Virus record (IMG/VR): IMGVR_UViG_3300005077_000565
Span: 1 to 64,000 of that record
Direction: 5' to 3' (one strand)
Origin: a virus
DNA: 64,000 nucleotides
Made by a program: the position numbers and the translations under genes. The notes beneath the pieces are model-generated. The model was not told where the DNA came from. It searched no databases and saw only the letters and a list, made by a program, of their open reading frames with translations. This document shows positions 9,401 through 17,898 of this stretch, piece by piece. The number at the start of each line of letters is the position of its first letter. Position 1 is the first letter of the stretch.

Positions 9401-11089
9401 CACACCACCGGCATATGTGATGCTGCCATCACCACCAGCATCAACCACACTGATGGCAGCACGTGCACGTGCATCAGTATAGTAAAGATTAGTACCTTCG
9501 GCGATACTGGTGGTAGTACCGGGAATATTTTGCCAACGACTGTTTGCGCTGTTCCAGGCTAGTAGGTCGTTGTCGGCAACACTGTTAGTATAAACATCGT
9601 GCAGATTACTTAAATAAAACCCAAAAGTAGGACGTACTAACAATGTACCCTGTGTGCCATGTGATCTAACAACTGCAGCTACTTCAATCGCACGATCAGG
9701 TGCAGTTGGACGAGTTGCGGTTAATCCGCCGGGCGTTGTTGGGTTTGCATAGAGTATGGTGCCTTCGGGCCAGGCCAGTGTGTTTAGTTCTCGAACCTTG
9801 CCAAAACAAGTCACATAACCGTATTGATTATTTGCAAATGCCTGTGTGGCGACACCTACAATCCAGGTGTCCTGAAAGCCAGGAGTAGTTAAATCAGCGT
9901 TGGCTATCAATAAATGGTCACCTTGTGCTCCGGCGAACATTACCAGAGCACCGTTGGCAATGGCTTCGGTGGCTTTGGCGTAGAAATTAGTTTCTTGCCC
10001 AGTTTGTAATACTACACCATTGGCTAGACCTAGGTTAAATGTACCTTCACTGGCGTTCCAGGCAATCTGGCCGGTGGCTACTGAAACTGACGCACTGGTG
10101 TTAAACTGTATGGAATCTACGGTAATATCCGAAAACGTAACATCATCACCAGTCTGATCAATTGAGATTACACCATCGGTTATAGTGACACCGGTGCCGG
10201 CAGTGAAATGTGCACGAACTTCAGCAGCACTGGGCCCAGTATAGGTAATAACACCCGAATATGTGTCGTAGCTGATGCTACCGTCGCCACCGGCATCTAC
10301 AACACTGATGGCGTTGCGTGCTCTAAATGTGTTAAAATATAGGTTAGTGCCTTCACTGATGTCAGTGGTGGTCTTGGTGGCTAGGCGGGTATCAAATCTA
10401 GCGTCAGTCCAGTAGAGATTCGTACCCTCGGATAAATTTGTGGTACTCTTGGCGGCAAACTGATTGTCAAACCTAGTATTAGTCCAGTAGAGATTAGTGC
10501 CTTCGGTTAAGTCTGTGGTAGTTTTTCCCGAAAGCGCAGAGTCAAAACGTGAGCTGGTCCAGTAAAGATTAGTGCCCTCACTGATGTCAGTGGTGGTCAA
10601 TACCACTGCGCCAGTCTGGCTGTTGACACTGGAGACTCCTCCAGTAATAGTAATAACGCCGGTGTTACTGTCGTAGCTGCCGCTGCCGGTGACACTGATG
10701 GCTGCTCGTGATCTTGCGTCTGTGTAGTAGAGATTGGTGGTGCCTTCACTGAGGTCGTCAGTGGTCTTGGTGGCAAAATCGTCGTTGAAGTCGTCGATGG
10801 TATAGCTGGTAACTCCAGTTAGTCCGCTGCCGTCACCGTAGAATTCAGCGGCATGTACTTGATTCCAGGTACGTGTTACTGAACCAAGATCTCGTGTTGC
10901 TGTGACGTCTGGCAGTAAATCGCTGCCAACCGAGTCGTTAACTGTGATCTCATCTACTTCCAGACTGGCAATACTGAAATTGCCGTCTACTGTTAGATCA
11001 CCGGGTACTGTTACGTTGCCGTCATTGTCTACAATGTCATGCTGGCCAACAGTCAGACCATTCTTTACCTTAAAATTCTGATTTGCCAA
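6425..11089 (-). CDS. long tail fibre with internal repeats and C-terminal intramolecular chaperone (peptidase S74-like)
   Basis: Thr/Ser/Gly-rich; EGTNLY repeats; C-terminus YYSDARLK...QVGVSAQEVQAVLPEVV...YEKLVPLLIEAIK plus coiled coil; TTG start after GGGGAGAG. Confidence 0.85.
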   Translation of the reverse strand: MANQNFKVKNGLTVGQHDIVDNDGNVTVPGDLTVDGNFSIASLEVDEITVNDSVGSDLLPDVTATRDLGSVTRTWNQVHAAEFYGDGSGLTGVTSYTIDDFNDDFATKTTDDLSEGTTNLYYTDARSRAAISVTGSGSYDSNTGVITITGGVSSVNSQTGAVVLTTTDISEGTNLYWTSSRFDSALSGKTTTDLTEGTNLYWTNTRFDNQFAAKSTTNLSEGTNLYWTDARFDTRLATKTTTDISEGTNLYFNTFRARNAISVVDAGGDGSISYDTYSGVITYTGPSAAEVRAHFTAGTGVTITDGVISIDQTGDDVTFSDITVDSIQFNTSASVSVATGQIAWNASEGTFNLGLANGVVLQTGQETNFYAKATEAIANGALVMFAGAQGDHLLIANADLTTPGFQDTWIVGVATQAFANNQYGYVTCFGKVRELNTLAWPEGTILYANPTTPGGLTATRPTAPDRAIEVAAVVRSHGTQGTLLVRPTFGFYLSNLHDVYTNSVADNDLLAWNSANSRWQNIPGTTTSIAEGTNLYYTDARARAAISVVDAGGDGSITYAGGVITYTGPSAAEVRGHFSAGTGVGIVNGEISIGQDVSTSSAVEFSSVTVSASPTQTYHLTNKQYVDNMAQGLATMAPCKIATTGNLTGVYDNGTAGVGATFTIAATATLTIDGNSSWSLNNGILLKDQTDAVENGRYYISQLGSASTDWILTRCVYCDSADEIPGSYILVTDGTDNEGTGWVGFVDDPDTFAVGTDDINYIQFSGAGTYTAGAGLSLVGTTFSNTGVLSVNGVTGAVTAGDILAAVATVDGTGSGLDSDLLDGQDGSYYLDWTNATNKPDPVITVTLTGDVTGSANTTLTDLASGTVTVSTTIEANSVALGTDTTGDYVASLVAGTGIAVGAAGESATPTITNTDPGSSQNIFKNIAVSGQTTVVADSNNDTLTLVAGTNVTITTDAANDTITIAANDSSVDWSEIQNKPDPVITVTLTGDVTGTANTTLTDLASGTVSVATTIAANSVALGTDTTGNYAASVAAGSGITVTGSAGEGTDYTVAHADTSSVGNLSSDNSGNTFIQDISFTFDTYGHVTAASVATGTVSIGDGAMTVTAGSGLTGGGQLGTANQTGASSITISHADTSTASNLTASARTYVTALTFDTYGHVTGYSTGTETVVDTNTTYTAGSGLTLSGTEFSHTDTSSQASVNNSNGTVIQDITLDTYGHITAIGSVDLDSRYVNVTGDSMSGTITVSTPADHDSASVTSLTSAPIIVPEVNVGSASAFLPFLHQKALHTSGYRTHMNLGLYKQASGWGENETGFYVALGGNDNYPTEYFRMTYGGSIKHSNGSVFWHSGNDGSGSGLDADLLDGNDSAYYQKRVSIQDTPPSGSSGDLWYESDSGTLHVYYDSFWIDVAPQVGSSSNLQVNSLGVGTTASGTTGQIRATNDVIAYYSDARLKTFEGRIDNAIDKVKQLNGYYFRENDTARSLGYNNPERQVGVSAQEVQAVLPEVVTTAPVSDDYLTVKYEKLVPLLIEAIKDQQTLIEQLQSRIERLEGQQ
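8073..8578. repeat. 83-bp direct repeat inside the fibre gene (8073-8155 and 8496-8578)
   Basis: 81/83 identical by eye, offset 423 bp (in frame); encodes NKPDPVITVTLTGDVTG(S/T)ANTTLTDLAS. Confidence 0.9.
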
Positions 11090-11117
11090 GGTTCACTCTC
11101 CCCGTGGTTGTTATCAG

Positions 11118-11125
11118 TATTTATA
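11118..11125 (-). promoter_or_regulatory. T4-type late promoter TATAAATA for the long fibre operon
   Basis: Exact TATAAATA 28 nt before the 11089 start; gp55-like sigma encoded in the window. Confidence 0.75.
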
Positions 11126-11201
11126 TTATTATCAAGATGTCTACAACGATGTCAATGCTTGTGGGAAACTGTGGATTTAATCGTAAAAATAAACCTGTTA
11201 G

Positions 11202-11480
11202 TTATTTTAAATTTTCTTTAATATATTGTTCTATATCTCTCGTGGGATTCCAGCCCAAAACAGTTTTTATTTTTGTATTATCAGCAAGAGTTTCACGCGA
11301 TTCACCAATCCTAGGTTCAATAAATTTTTGATTTTTAGAAATCATATTTGCTAACTCTAAGACTGATTTGTTTGTTCCAGTGCCGACATTAAATATTTCC
11401 CCGTAATGGTCATGTTCAACTTGTATTGCTAATATGTTTGCTTGTACAACATCATCAACATGAGTAAAATCTCTGCGTTG
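11202..11480 (-). pseudogene. C-terminal fragment (92 aa) of an NAD-dependent nucleotide-sugar epimerase/dehydratase
   Basis: Manual translation QRRDFTHVDDVVQANILAIQVEHDHYGEIFNVGTGTNKSVLELANMIS...PRIGESRETLADNTKIKTVLGWNP...KENLK*; no start codon upstream in frame, Rossmann fold and YxxxK absent. Confidence 0.85.
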
Positions 11481-11542
11481 GAACCGGTGACTGAGCTTAA
11501 TGTTGCTGTGGTACCACGTCTAAATCGTAGTGTTGTTGCCAT
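11429..11542 (-). pseudogene. truncated fibre-protein N-terminus (Mtd_N-like) fused out of frame to the epimerase remnant
   Basis: TATAAATA (11594-11601), AAGGA RBS, ATG; MATTLRFRRGTTATLSSVTGSNAEI then nonsense LLMLMMLYKQTY*. Confidence 0.75.
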
Positions 11543-11604
11543 TTATCTATTCCTTTTTACTTTATTCAGTTTGTCTACGCAATGAGCATAACGTATTTAT
11601 ACAG

Positions 11605-12170
11605 TTATGTCTGAAGATCTATAGTTCCTGATCCAGACAACAAGTCAACAGTCCCTGAACCCGAGGATAAATCTTCCGGTAATCCAGATTACTCACCGAG
11701 ATCTATAGTTCCTGATCCAGACATTAAATCAATGACACTGGATCCAGTTTCTAAATCTGTGGGTAGTGTAGGCACAACTGGCGAGGTACCAGTACCTAGG
11801 TACCAGTACCTATAGCAGTGACAGTAATTCTGCGCCAGCGTATTGTAGTGTTAGAGAATACTGGTGTGAATTTAACATCTAGATATCCACTGGAGATTTC
11901 AGCACTAAAGTCTCCCAGTGAATCACTGGTTCCGGCAGTGGTGTTAGCATACTGTACTACACTGGCATTGGAGCCATCATGAAGTGCAATTACCTTGATT
12001 GTCTCGTAACTGTCTGAGTTTGCCACAGTGACTAGATATTCAGCTGACTGATATCTAGTTAAATCTAGTAAATCAATTGACCGCGGGTCAGTGGTGGTGG
12101 CCACCACGGTTGATTCTGGTATCACATTGCAGTACAGAGACTGACTAAAGGCCGGTCCCATGTAGCTCAT
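11605..12170 (-). pseudogene. virion protein (MSYMG start) truncated at 11796 by a 14-bp tandem duplication; orphaned C-terminal repeats follow
   Basis: ggtaccagtaccta x2 (11785-11812) creates TAG; removing one copy restores ...GTGTSPVVPTLPTDLETGSSVIDLMSGSGTIDLGE* followed in frame by SGLPEDLSSGSGTVDLLSGSGTIDLQT*. Confidence 0.75.
11615..11723. repeat. 25-bp direct repeat agatctatagttcctgatccagaca (11615-11639, 11699-11723)
   Basis: Exact copies 84 bp apart, encoding SGSGTIDL on the minus strand. Confidence 0.9.
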
Positions 12171-12493
12171 TACGATAGCTCCAGTACGCTGGCTACAGCA
12201 TCACAGTAGGCACTAGTAGCGGTGGCTCGTATGCTGTCGTTGGGTTCTAGGTTTATGGGTTTATCGACACTGAGTGTTGTATTGGGTGGCACTGGTACAG
12301 TGTCTAAAATTTTACGGCTGGCAGTGGCGCTGGCGTCTACTAACTCCAGTGTAACACTGACAGTGGCTGCACCGTGTGTGTTGCTGAAGAATAGTCCGTG
12401 AACTACTGCGCTGTTTAAACTGCTGCTACAGGTATAGATAGTAGTGGCACTAGTACCAATCGCTGCGTGTGCATTTTTAAAACTACTTGCCAT
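12170..12493 (-). CDS. small virion structural protein (MASSFKN family)
   Basis: Paralog of 1972..2292 in the same gene context. Confidence 0.75.
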   Translation of the reverse strand: MASSFKNAHAAIGTSATTIYTCSSSLNSAVVHGLFFSNTHGAATVSVTLELVDASATASRKILDTVPVPPNTTLSVDKPINLEPNDSIRATATSAYCDAVASVLELS

Positions 12494-12495
12494 TG

Positions 12496-12870
12496 TTAAT
12501 TACTCCCCAGTGCAATGGCAAACGCGATAGCATCGCCTTCGGATACCCCACCACTGGTGTCGGCTGGAACCCACTGACCAGCAGTTGCACTCCAGCGCAG
12601 TACTTGACCATCTGCTGGTGGTGTGGTGGCGGTGTCGACATCATTTAAATCATTGATGCTGGCATTAGACAAACCTATTGCCACCCAGGCGACGCCGTTA
12701 TAACCTTCAAATTTACCAGTGGTACTGTTAAATCGCAGAGCACCAGTTACGCTACCTGGGCGTTGTGCGGTTGTCCCCACGGGTAGCTTTAAACTGCCAG
12801 TGATGTCAAAATCAACATTACTGGTACTTGTTACAATTTTATTCAGCTGATGATCAAAATTAATAGCCAT
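12496..12870 (-). CDS. virion adaptor/fibre-segment protein ending in AIAFAIALG
   Basis: SLKLPVGTTAQRP...GALRFNSTTGKFEGYNG and INDLNDVD...DGQVLRWSA fibre motifs; TATAAATA at 12892-12899. Confidence 0.75.
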   Translation of the reverse strand: MAINFDHQLNKIVTSTSNVDFDITGSLKLPVGTTAQRPGSVTGALRFNSTTGKFEGYNGVAWVAIGLSNASINDLNDVDTATTPPADGQVLRWSATAGQWVPADTSGGVSEGDAIAFAIALGSN

Positions 12871-12954
12871 TTAACAAAACCTTATTCAATGTATTTATAC
12901 AATTTGCGTTGTTAAATTTTATTGTTACATGTATTTGGTGCAGTATACTGGGCA

Positions 12955-13995
12955 TTATTTTAGTTCTTCTATTACACAATATGCATCACCTGGCGTTCCT
13001 AAGATCGGCATACTACGTGCTATTACAGTTATGTTGTAAATTTTATGCGATGAATGGTCTATTACATTAAAACGAATCGTATCACCAGGCACTGATGCAC
13101 TGTCAACTAATGTCCAGGAAGTATCGCCAGGTGCAATATTAATAGTACCCGATGTTACGTTTAATGCCACTGGGGTGGTTTTGTATATACTAATAGATGA
13201 GGTGGCTGGTGGGTTATAATTAATTTCCACACCCAAAGTTCCCGAAACATCAGTGATTCGTACAGTTAAATTTCCTCGTTCTGCTTGTACCCCACCTACA
13301 ACTATAACTGAACTACCGGAATACTCGCTTATAATATTATTTGGCGTCGCGACACCAGTAAATGCAGTACTCTGAACTGTCGTGTCTGGGAATGTTAGGT
13401 TTCCGGTTGTATCAAATAACCATGATGAATTGCTGCCACCAACATCGGTCATAAGTTTAATACTTCTACCTGAATCGGTCCATATTTCAGTGACTGTACC
13501 GTTTGACCCCACAGTTATGTATGGTGTTGTCAACGATCCCGGCAAAGTAGTAGTACCGGCAGTCTGATTAAACAGCCAGGTACGGGTATCTTCTGTATTT
13601 TTAATATAGAATGAATTAGCACCGCTTTGATTGGTATAGCCTATTTCTGTACCAAAACCGGTTGTTGGGCCAGCCCAGTTGATAGATCCAGTACTGTTAA
13701 TGTCACCGGAATCCGGCAATGTTAGATCGCCAGTTGTCGCAAATACCCAGGGGGTTGTGCCACCATCGGCATTGGCATAAATTTCAACACCGCCAGTGTA
13801 GCCTGTGACTTTAATATTGTTACCGTTGTTGAAGTCGATGGAGTTGTTGTTTGCCGAATGCTGAATATATGATTCGTATATCAGTAAATCACCGACGTCA
13901 ATATCGTTACTGGTAACAGTTTCAGACACGTTGACGCTGCCAACGACGTTAACATTACCAGTTATATCTAAACCTTGCTTAAAATAAGTTGTCAT
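12955..13995 (-). CDS. virion structural/fibre-like protein with W-x-F...T-G...T-(L/F)-P repeats
   Basis: Three repeats (WVFATTGDLTLP, WLFNQTAGTTTLP, WLFDTTGNLTFP); GATAAATA at 14018-14025. Confidence 0.65.
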   Translation of the reverse strand: MTTYFKQGLDITGNVNVVGSVNVSETVTSNDIDVGDLLIYESYIQHSANNNSIDFNNGNNIKVTGYTGGVEIYANADGGTTPWVFATTGDLTLPDSGDINSTGSINWAGPTTGFGTEIGYTNQSGANSFYIKNTEDTRTWLFNQTAGTTTLPGSLTTPYITVGSNGTVTEIWTDSGRSIKLMTDVGGSNSSWLFDTTGNLTFPDTTVQSTAFTGVATPNNIISEYSGSSVIVVGGVQAERGNLTVRITDVSGTLGVEINYNPPATSSISIYKTTPVALNVTSGTINIAPGDTSWTLVDSASVPGDTIRFNVIDHSSHKIYNITVIARSMPILGTPGDAYCVIEELK

Positions 13996-14040
13996 ACCTT
14001 TATCCCCTGTATGACAATATTTATCGGATCAACAAAGAAT

Positions 14041-14066
14041 AAAAAACCCGCCGAAGCGGGTTTTTG
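14041..14066 (-). terminator. Rho-independent terminator after the major capsid gene
   Basis: aaaaacccgc-TTCG-gcgggtttttt on the minus strand; T-tracts on both strands. Confidence 0.9.
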
Positions 14067-14091
14067 GTTTGCACTTTCAGCAATCAGTTGA

Positions 14092-15246
14092 TTAGCTGAA
14101 GCTCAAGCTAGCAGTAGTTACCGCAATCTTGTTGAGGTAGTCGGCTGCGTTGCCTAGAGATGAAGCCTGGTTGTTTAGCTCAACATAACCATAACGTGTC
14201 ATGAAGCTAACAACTGGTTCAAAAGTGTCGGGATCTAGAACAGTACCGCTGCTCATTAGAGGAACATATGGGCAGTAGAACGCGGCTGCATCAGCCTCGC
14301 TAGAACCTTTGTAACCAACTAGAACGTCATCGTTAGTGGCGTATTGGTTTACATACACTTTTACAGTGTTGTTTAAAGTACCAACTAGTTTTGTGTTAGT
14401 AGGTGCTTCGAAAGGACCTTCTGTAGTACGAGCAAACGCACTAGTAGTGGCGCTTTGTAGTACAGTTAGTACGCTAGGGCTTACAACAACCCAGTTACCA
14501 GCACCACGGCGTGTGCGGGCAGCGATGTCGTTGGCAGCTTTGTTGATTAGAACAGCTAAAGCAGCGTGTTCGTCACCAACGAAAGTAGCAGTACCACTAA
14601 CAGCAGCTTGGTTGAAAGTTGCGCTTGCAGTTCCAGCTAGAGTAGTTAAAGAACCAATGATTTCCTGGTCGATTTCAGCAGTGATTTCTTGTGCTAGAGC
14701 GGCCATGATTTCGGCTTCAACGTCGATACCATGCATAGCTTGTGCATCTTGAGCTGCTTCGAAAGTCCAGCGTGCGCTTAACTTGCGGCTCTTGGCTTCA
14801 ACAGTTTGCTTTAGAATTTGGATGCTTAGTTTTTTACCAGCAACGCCTTCTAATGCGCTAGTTGCAGCAGGCCTACCACCAGCAACACCAGAATAACCAG
14901 TGGCGATAGCAAAGGGGCTTAGAGCTTCGTCACCAGCAGTAGCTGTGTCGAAAGTTTCAGCGTAACGTACACGTAGAGTGTGGATTTGTCCAACTGGACC
15001 AGTCATGGGTTGAACACCAACTAGTTCGTTAGCGATAACAGTTGGCATTACACGGCGGATAACTGGAAGGATAACTTTGTTAAGAGTTGCAACGTTACCG
15101 GCCATAGTAGCACCAGCAGTAGCACTTTCAGAAAGTGCACGCTTGGTGTTCTCTAGAACAGTTTCCATTACAGCTTTTTTGTTACCTGCCAAACCGTCTG
15201 TAAGGGCTTCTTTGGTAGCTGACCAATTTTCAAATAGGTTTGCCAT
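14092..15246 (-). CDS. gp23: major capsid protein (T4 gp23 family)
   Basis: RRVMPTVIANELVGVQPMTGP, VEAKSRKLSARWTFEAAQD, EITAEIDQEII, GYKG...FYCPYVPL, FMTRYG. Confidence 0.95.
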   Translation of the reverse strand: MANLFENWSATKEALTDGLAGNKKAVMETVLENTKRALSESATAGATMAGNVATLNKVILPVIRRVMPTVIANELVGVQPMTGPVGQIHTLRVRYAETFDTATAGDEALSPFAIATGYSGVAGGRPAATSALEGVAGKKLSIQILKQTVEAKSRKLSARWTFEAAQDAQAMHGIDVEAEIMAALAQEITAEIDQEIIGSLTTLAGTASATFNQAAVSGTATFVGDEHAALAVLINKAANDIAARTRRGAGNWVVVSPSVLTVLQSATTSAFARTTEGPFEAPTNTKLVGTLNNTVKVYVNQYATNDDVLVGYKGSSEADAAAFYCPYVPLMSSGTVLDPDTFEPVVSFMTRYGYVELNNQASSLGNAADYLNKIAVTTASLSFS

Positions 15247-15259
15247 TTTTATTTTCTCC

Positions 15260-16357
15260 TTAGCGAATTCCGGCTAATTTCTTTAAATTAATGATTTCGG
15301 CAGATCCACCAGTCTCTGACTGGGTAGCTTTATCACCAGTTACCACTCTAGTGTTTTCGGTGAGCTTTGCCTTTTCTTTGACAGAAACCTGAGTTCCTTC
15401 TTTTAGTACGTTGGGCAGATATTTGTTAAATGCTTCACGTAGTTTATCAGTTTTAACTGATTCAAGTAGTGCACCCATAATTTCTCTCTGGTCCTTGCTT
15501 AAGGGAGCCATCATTTCGCTTAATTGCGCTTTACGATCTGTTAGATCCTTGGCAACTTTCGCTTCACGTCTAGCTTCCATGATTGCTGTTTCTTTATTTG
15601 CAAGGGCTTGTTGAGATTCGCTTAATTTAGTCTCTAGAGACTGAATTGAACGATTCAACTTAGCAATCTGTGTGCCTTCGGCCAATGTGCTGGTCATAAA
15701 TTCAGCAGCAAATGTTTCGAAAATCTTACGACCAAAGTTATTTTCCTTGGCTGATTGAATGTCTTCTTTAAGGGCAGTTAACTCGCCTTTTAGAGTTCCT
15801 TCAATAATTTTCTCAACTTTAGCAGCAGCATTTTTTACAAACTGTGCACGGGCTTCAGCAATAATTTTTTTGCCTTCGGTTACCATTCGGACTTTTTGTT
15901 CAACTAGTGAACGCTTGTCTTCGTGGAATTCGTTTAGCTCTTTGGTTAACTGTCCGAGTACAAACTCTTCTAGTTTTCCAAAATTTGTCTTCTGTGCTTC
16001 ACGATCCTCTCTGAGTTCAGTGATTTCTTTCTTAAGAACAGACATGATGAAGTTGTCCAGCATTTTAGCGTGTTCACGGATTGCTCGTTTATAAGCAACA
16101 CGGTCTTCGGCTAATTTAGCTTTATCTTGTGCAAATTCAACTAGTTCTGCTTTAATAGTATCAGTTAACATTGCGTCCATTGCTTCTACGATCTGATTCT
16201 TGTCGTTCTCATATCGTGTAGCAAATTCCTCACGTAGCTGAGCAGTGATTTCCTCACGTGCTTCAGTGATACGCTTTTCAAATGCTTCGCTGATGCTCAT
16301 TTTCACGTCTTCAGACAGCACCTCAGAGCCGAGAATTTTATCAATTTCTTGAGCCAT
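15260..16357 (-). CDS. gp22: prohead core scaffolding protein (gp22-like)
   Basis: Coiled-coil, E/K-rich, many L/I-x-E sites; between protease and MCP. Confidence 0.8.
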   Translation of the reverse strand: MAQEIDKILGSEVLSEDVKMSISEAFEKRITEAREEITAQLREEFATRYENDKNQIVEAMDAMLTDTIKAELVEFAQDKAKLAEDRVAYKRAIREHAKMLDNFIMSVLKKEITELREDREAQKTNFGKLEEFVLGQLTKELNEFHEDKRSLVEQKVRMVTEGKKIIAEARAQFVKNAAAKVEKIIEGTLKGELTALKEDIQSAKENNFGRKIFETFAAEFMTSTLAEGTQIAKLNRSIQSLETKLSESQQALANKETAIMEARREAKVAKDLTDRKAQLSEMMAPLSKDQREIMGALLESVKTDKLREAFNKYLPNVLKEGTQVSVKEKAKLTENTRVVTGDKATQSETGGSAEIINLKKLAGIR

Positions 16358-16993
16358 TTAATCTCTCCCTAGGTCCTTGATGAAGTTGATGACCTCTTCT
16401 TGGAGGTACCTTTGCGCTCGAATGTCATGCTTTACCGCAGTGGCTACGTCCCAAATTGCTGAACCACGGCGGTGATTCATAATCTGCTCGTAAATTGGAT
16501 CAGGATATGCGTCAGGAGCACTTGGATTCGCAACTATATCTACTGTTACGATTTCAAAATCTGACACGTTACCATTTCCATCAACATTGCCGCTGCCTCT
16601 TGAGCTGACACCTAACTTGACACCACTTTCTAGTAGCGTCTTACAAATATTACCCATAGGAGTGGGTAGCATTTTTAACTTACCAATCCCATCATTACCA
16701 TTCATCTGCATGTCAACAATCATGTGACTTACACGATCTAAATTAATGTTGAGATCATCGGGGTGATCCGCTTCCCCTAAAACCGTGTATCCCTTTTTAA
16801 TCTTTTCCTGCAATGACTGTACGGCACTGCTGATTTCATTTACTGGATACACACGTTGGTTTTGGTTACGTACACCACCTTGAATAAAAATACCACGCAT
16901 GTAGAGATTTTTGCCACCTTTACCATCGTCGATGGCTTCGGTAACTATATTAGCTACATTTGGAAGTACAATTTCGCGTAGTGGCGTGTACAT
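16358..16993 (-). CDS. gp21: prohead core protease (gp21 family)
   Basis: NQNQRVYP, LGEADHP, RVSH, LGVSSRGSG, DIVANPSAPDA. Confidence 0.93.
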   Translation of the reverse strand: MYTPLREIVLPNVANIVTEAIDDGKGGKNLYMRGIFIQGGVRNQNQRVYPVNEISSAVQSLQEKIKKGYTVLGEADHPDDLNINLDRVSHMIVDMQMNGNDGIGKLKMLPTPMGNICKTLLESGVKLGVSSRGSGNVDGNGNVSDFEIVTVDIVANPSAPDAYPDPIYEQIMNHRRGSAIWDVATAVKHDIRAQRYLQEEVINFIKDLGRD

Positions 16994-16999
16994 AATGGA

Positions 17000-17761
17000 T
17001 TACCCTTTTGCCTTACGGAAACCAGTGGCTTCTTGAGGACCGGTTACACCCATGTCTTTAGCAACAGGTGCTTTACCGCCTTTTTCCTCGGCGCCAGCGA
17101 TTTTAACAGCTTCACCACCCATGTCTTCACCTGGGCCTACTGGTGACTTACCGTTATCGGTTCCATCTGTATGTGCAACTTTAACTGCAGTTAAGTCAGC
17201 GCCTTCACCTAATTCGACAGATTCAACGGGCATTTCATCACCGTCCATGTCGCTTTCAGGGCCTTCAAAACCTTCACCTTCGTCGCCGTCGGGTTCAGTA
17301 TGTCCAGCGTCACCAACTAATTCAGCAAATGCTGCTTTTAGTTCTGCTAGTGCGTCTTCAACGTTCATCATAGCTTCTTCAGCTTCTGATTCTGCGCCTT
17401 CTTCAGCACCATCAAAATCAGATTCTTCGCCTTCGTCACCAGCTAATTCATCAGCTAGATCAGCTTCGGCTTCATCTTCTTCGTCTTCTTCAGCTTCACC
17501 GAACATTTCTTCAGCGTCGATTTCATCGGCACTGTCGGAAATGTCTTCAATGAAGTCATCTTCCATGTCGCTATCGTCGATAGCTTCTTCAAGTTCTTCT
17601 TCCTCGATGACATCTTCTACAGCGGCATCTTCTTCAACCAGGTCAGCATAAATCTGACGTGATTTTTCAACGAAGATATCGTGTAGTAGATCCGAGGCAC
17701 GTTCTGTGTCCTCGTTAATCACCAACTCGAGGACTTGTTCTAGTTTACTTTTGGTATTCAT
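17000..17761 (-). CDS. highly acidic prohead core-like protein
   Basis: Extreme D/E content; position equivalent to T4 gp67/gp68; GAGGAG RBS; ACTAAATA at 17810-17817. Confidence 0.65.
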   Translation of the reverse strand: MNTKSKLEQVLELVINEDTERASDLLHDIFVEKSRQIYADLVEEDAAVEDVIEEEELEEAIDDSDMEDDFIEDISDSADEIDAEEMFGEAEEDEEDEAEADLADELAGDEGEESDFDGAEEGAESEAEEAMMNVEDALAELKAAFAELVGDAGHTEPDGDEGEGFEGPESDMDGDEMPVESVELGEGADLTAVKVAHTDGTDNGKSPVGPGEDMGGEAVKIAGAEEKGGKAPVAKDMGVTGPQEATGFRKAKG

Positions 17762-17850
17762 TTGCGTAACTCCTCAATGTTGACACAGCAATTGTTACAA
17801 AGTCATTTTTATTTAGTAACCAAAGCATTTTACTTGTTCAAATGCGTAGA

Positions 17851-17882
17851 AAAACGCAAAAAATCAAAGATTTTTGCGTTTT
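17851..17882. terminator. AT-rich hairpin, probable terminator downstream of the portal unit
   Basis: aaaacgcaaaaa...tttttgcgtttt inverted repeat. Confidence 0.6.
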
Positions 17883-17898
17883 AATGTAGTTGTAACAA

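Noticed and set aside
10320-10770. CRISPR-like array
   Set aside because: The repeats are degenerate, in-frame protein repeats (EGTNLY) inside the fibre ORF
11039-11331. Plus-strand ORFs 11039..11221 and 11083..11331
   Set aside because: Antisense to the fibre gene start and the epimerase remnant; no recognisable motifs
11689-11798. Stop-codon reassignment (in-frame TAG/TAA)
   Set aside because: The TAG is explained by a 14-bp duplication; core genes are full length in the standard code and end in TAA, TGA or TAG
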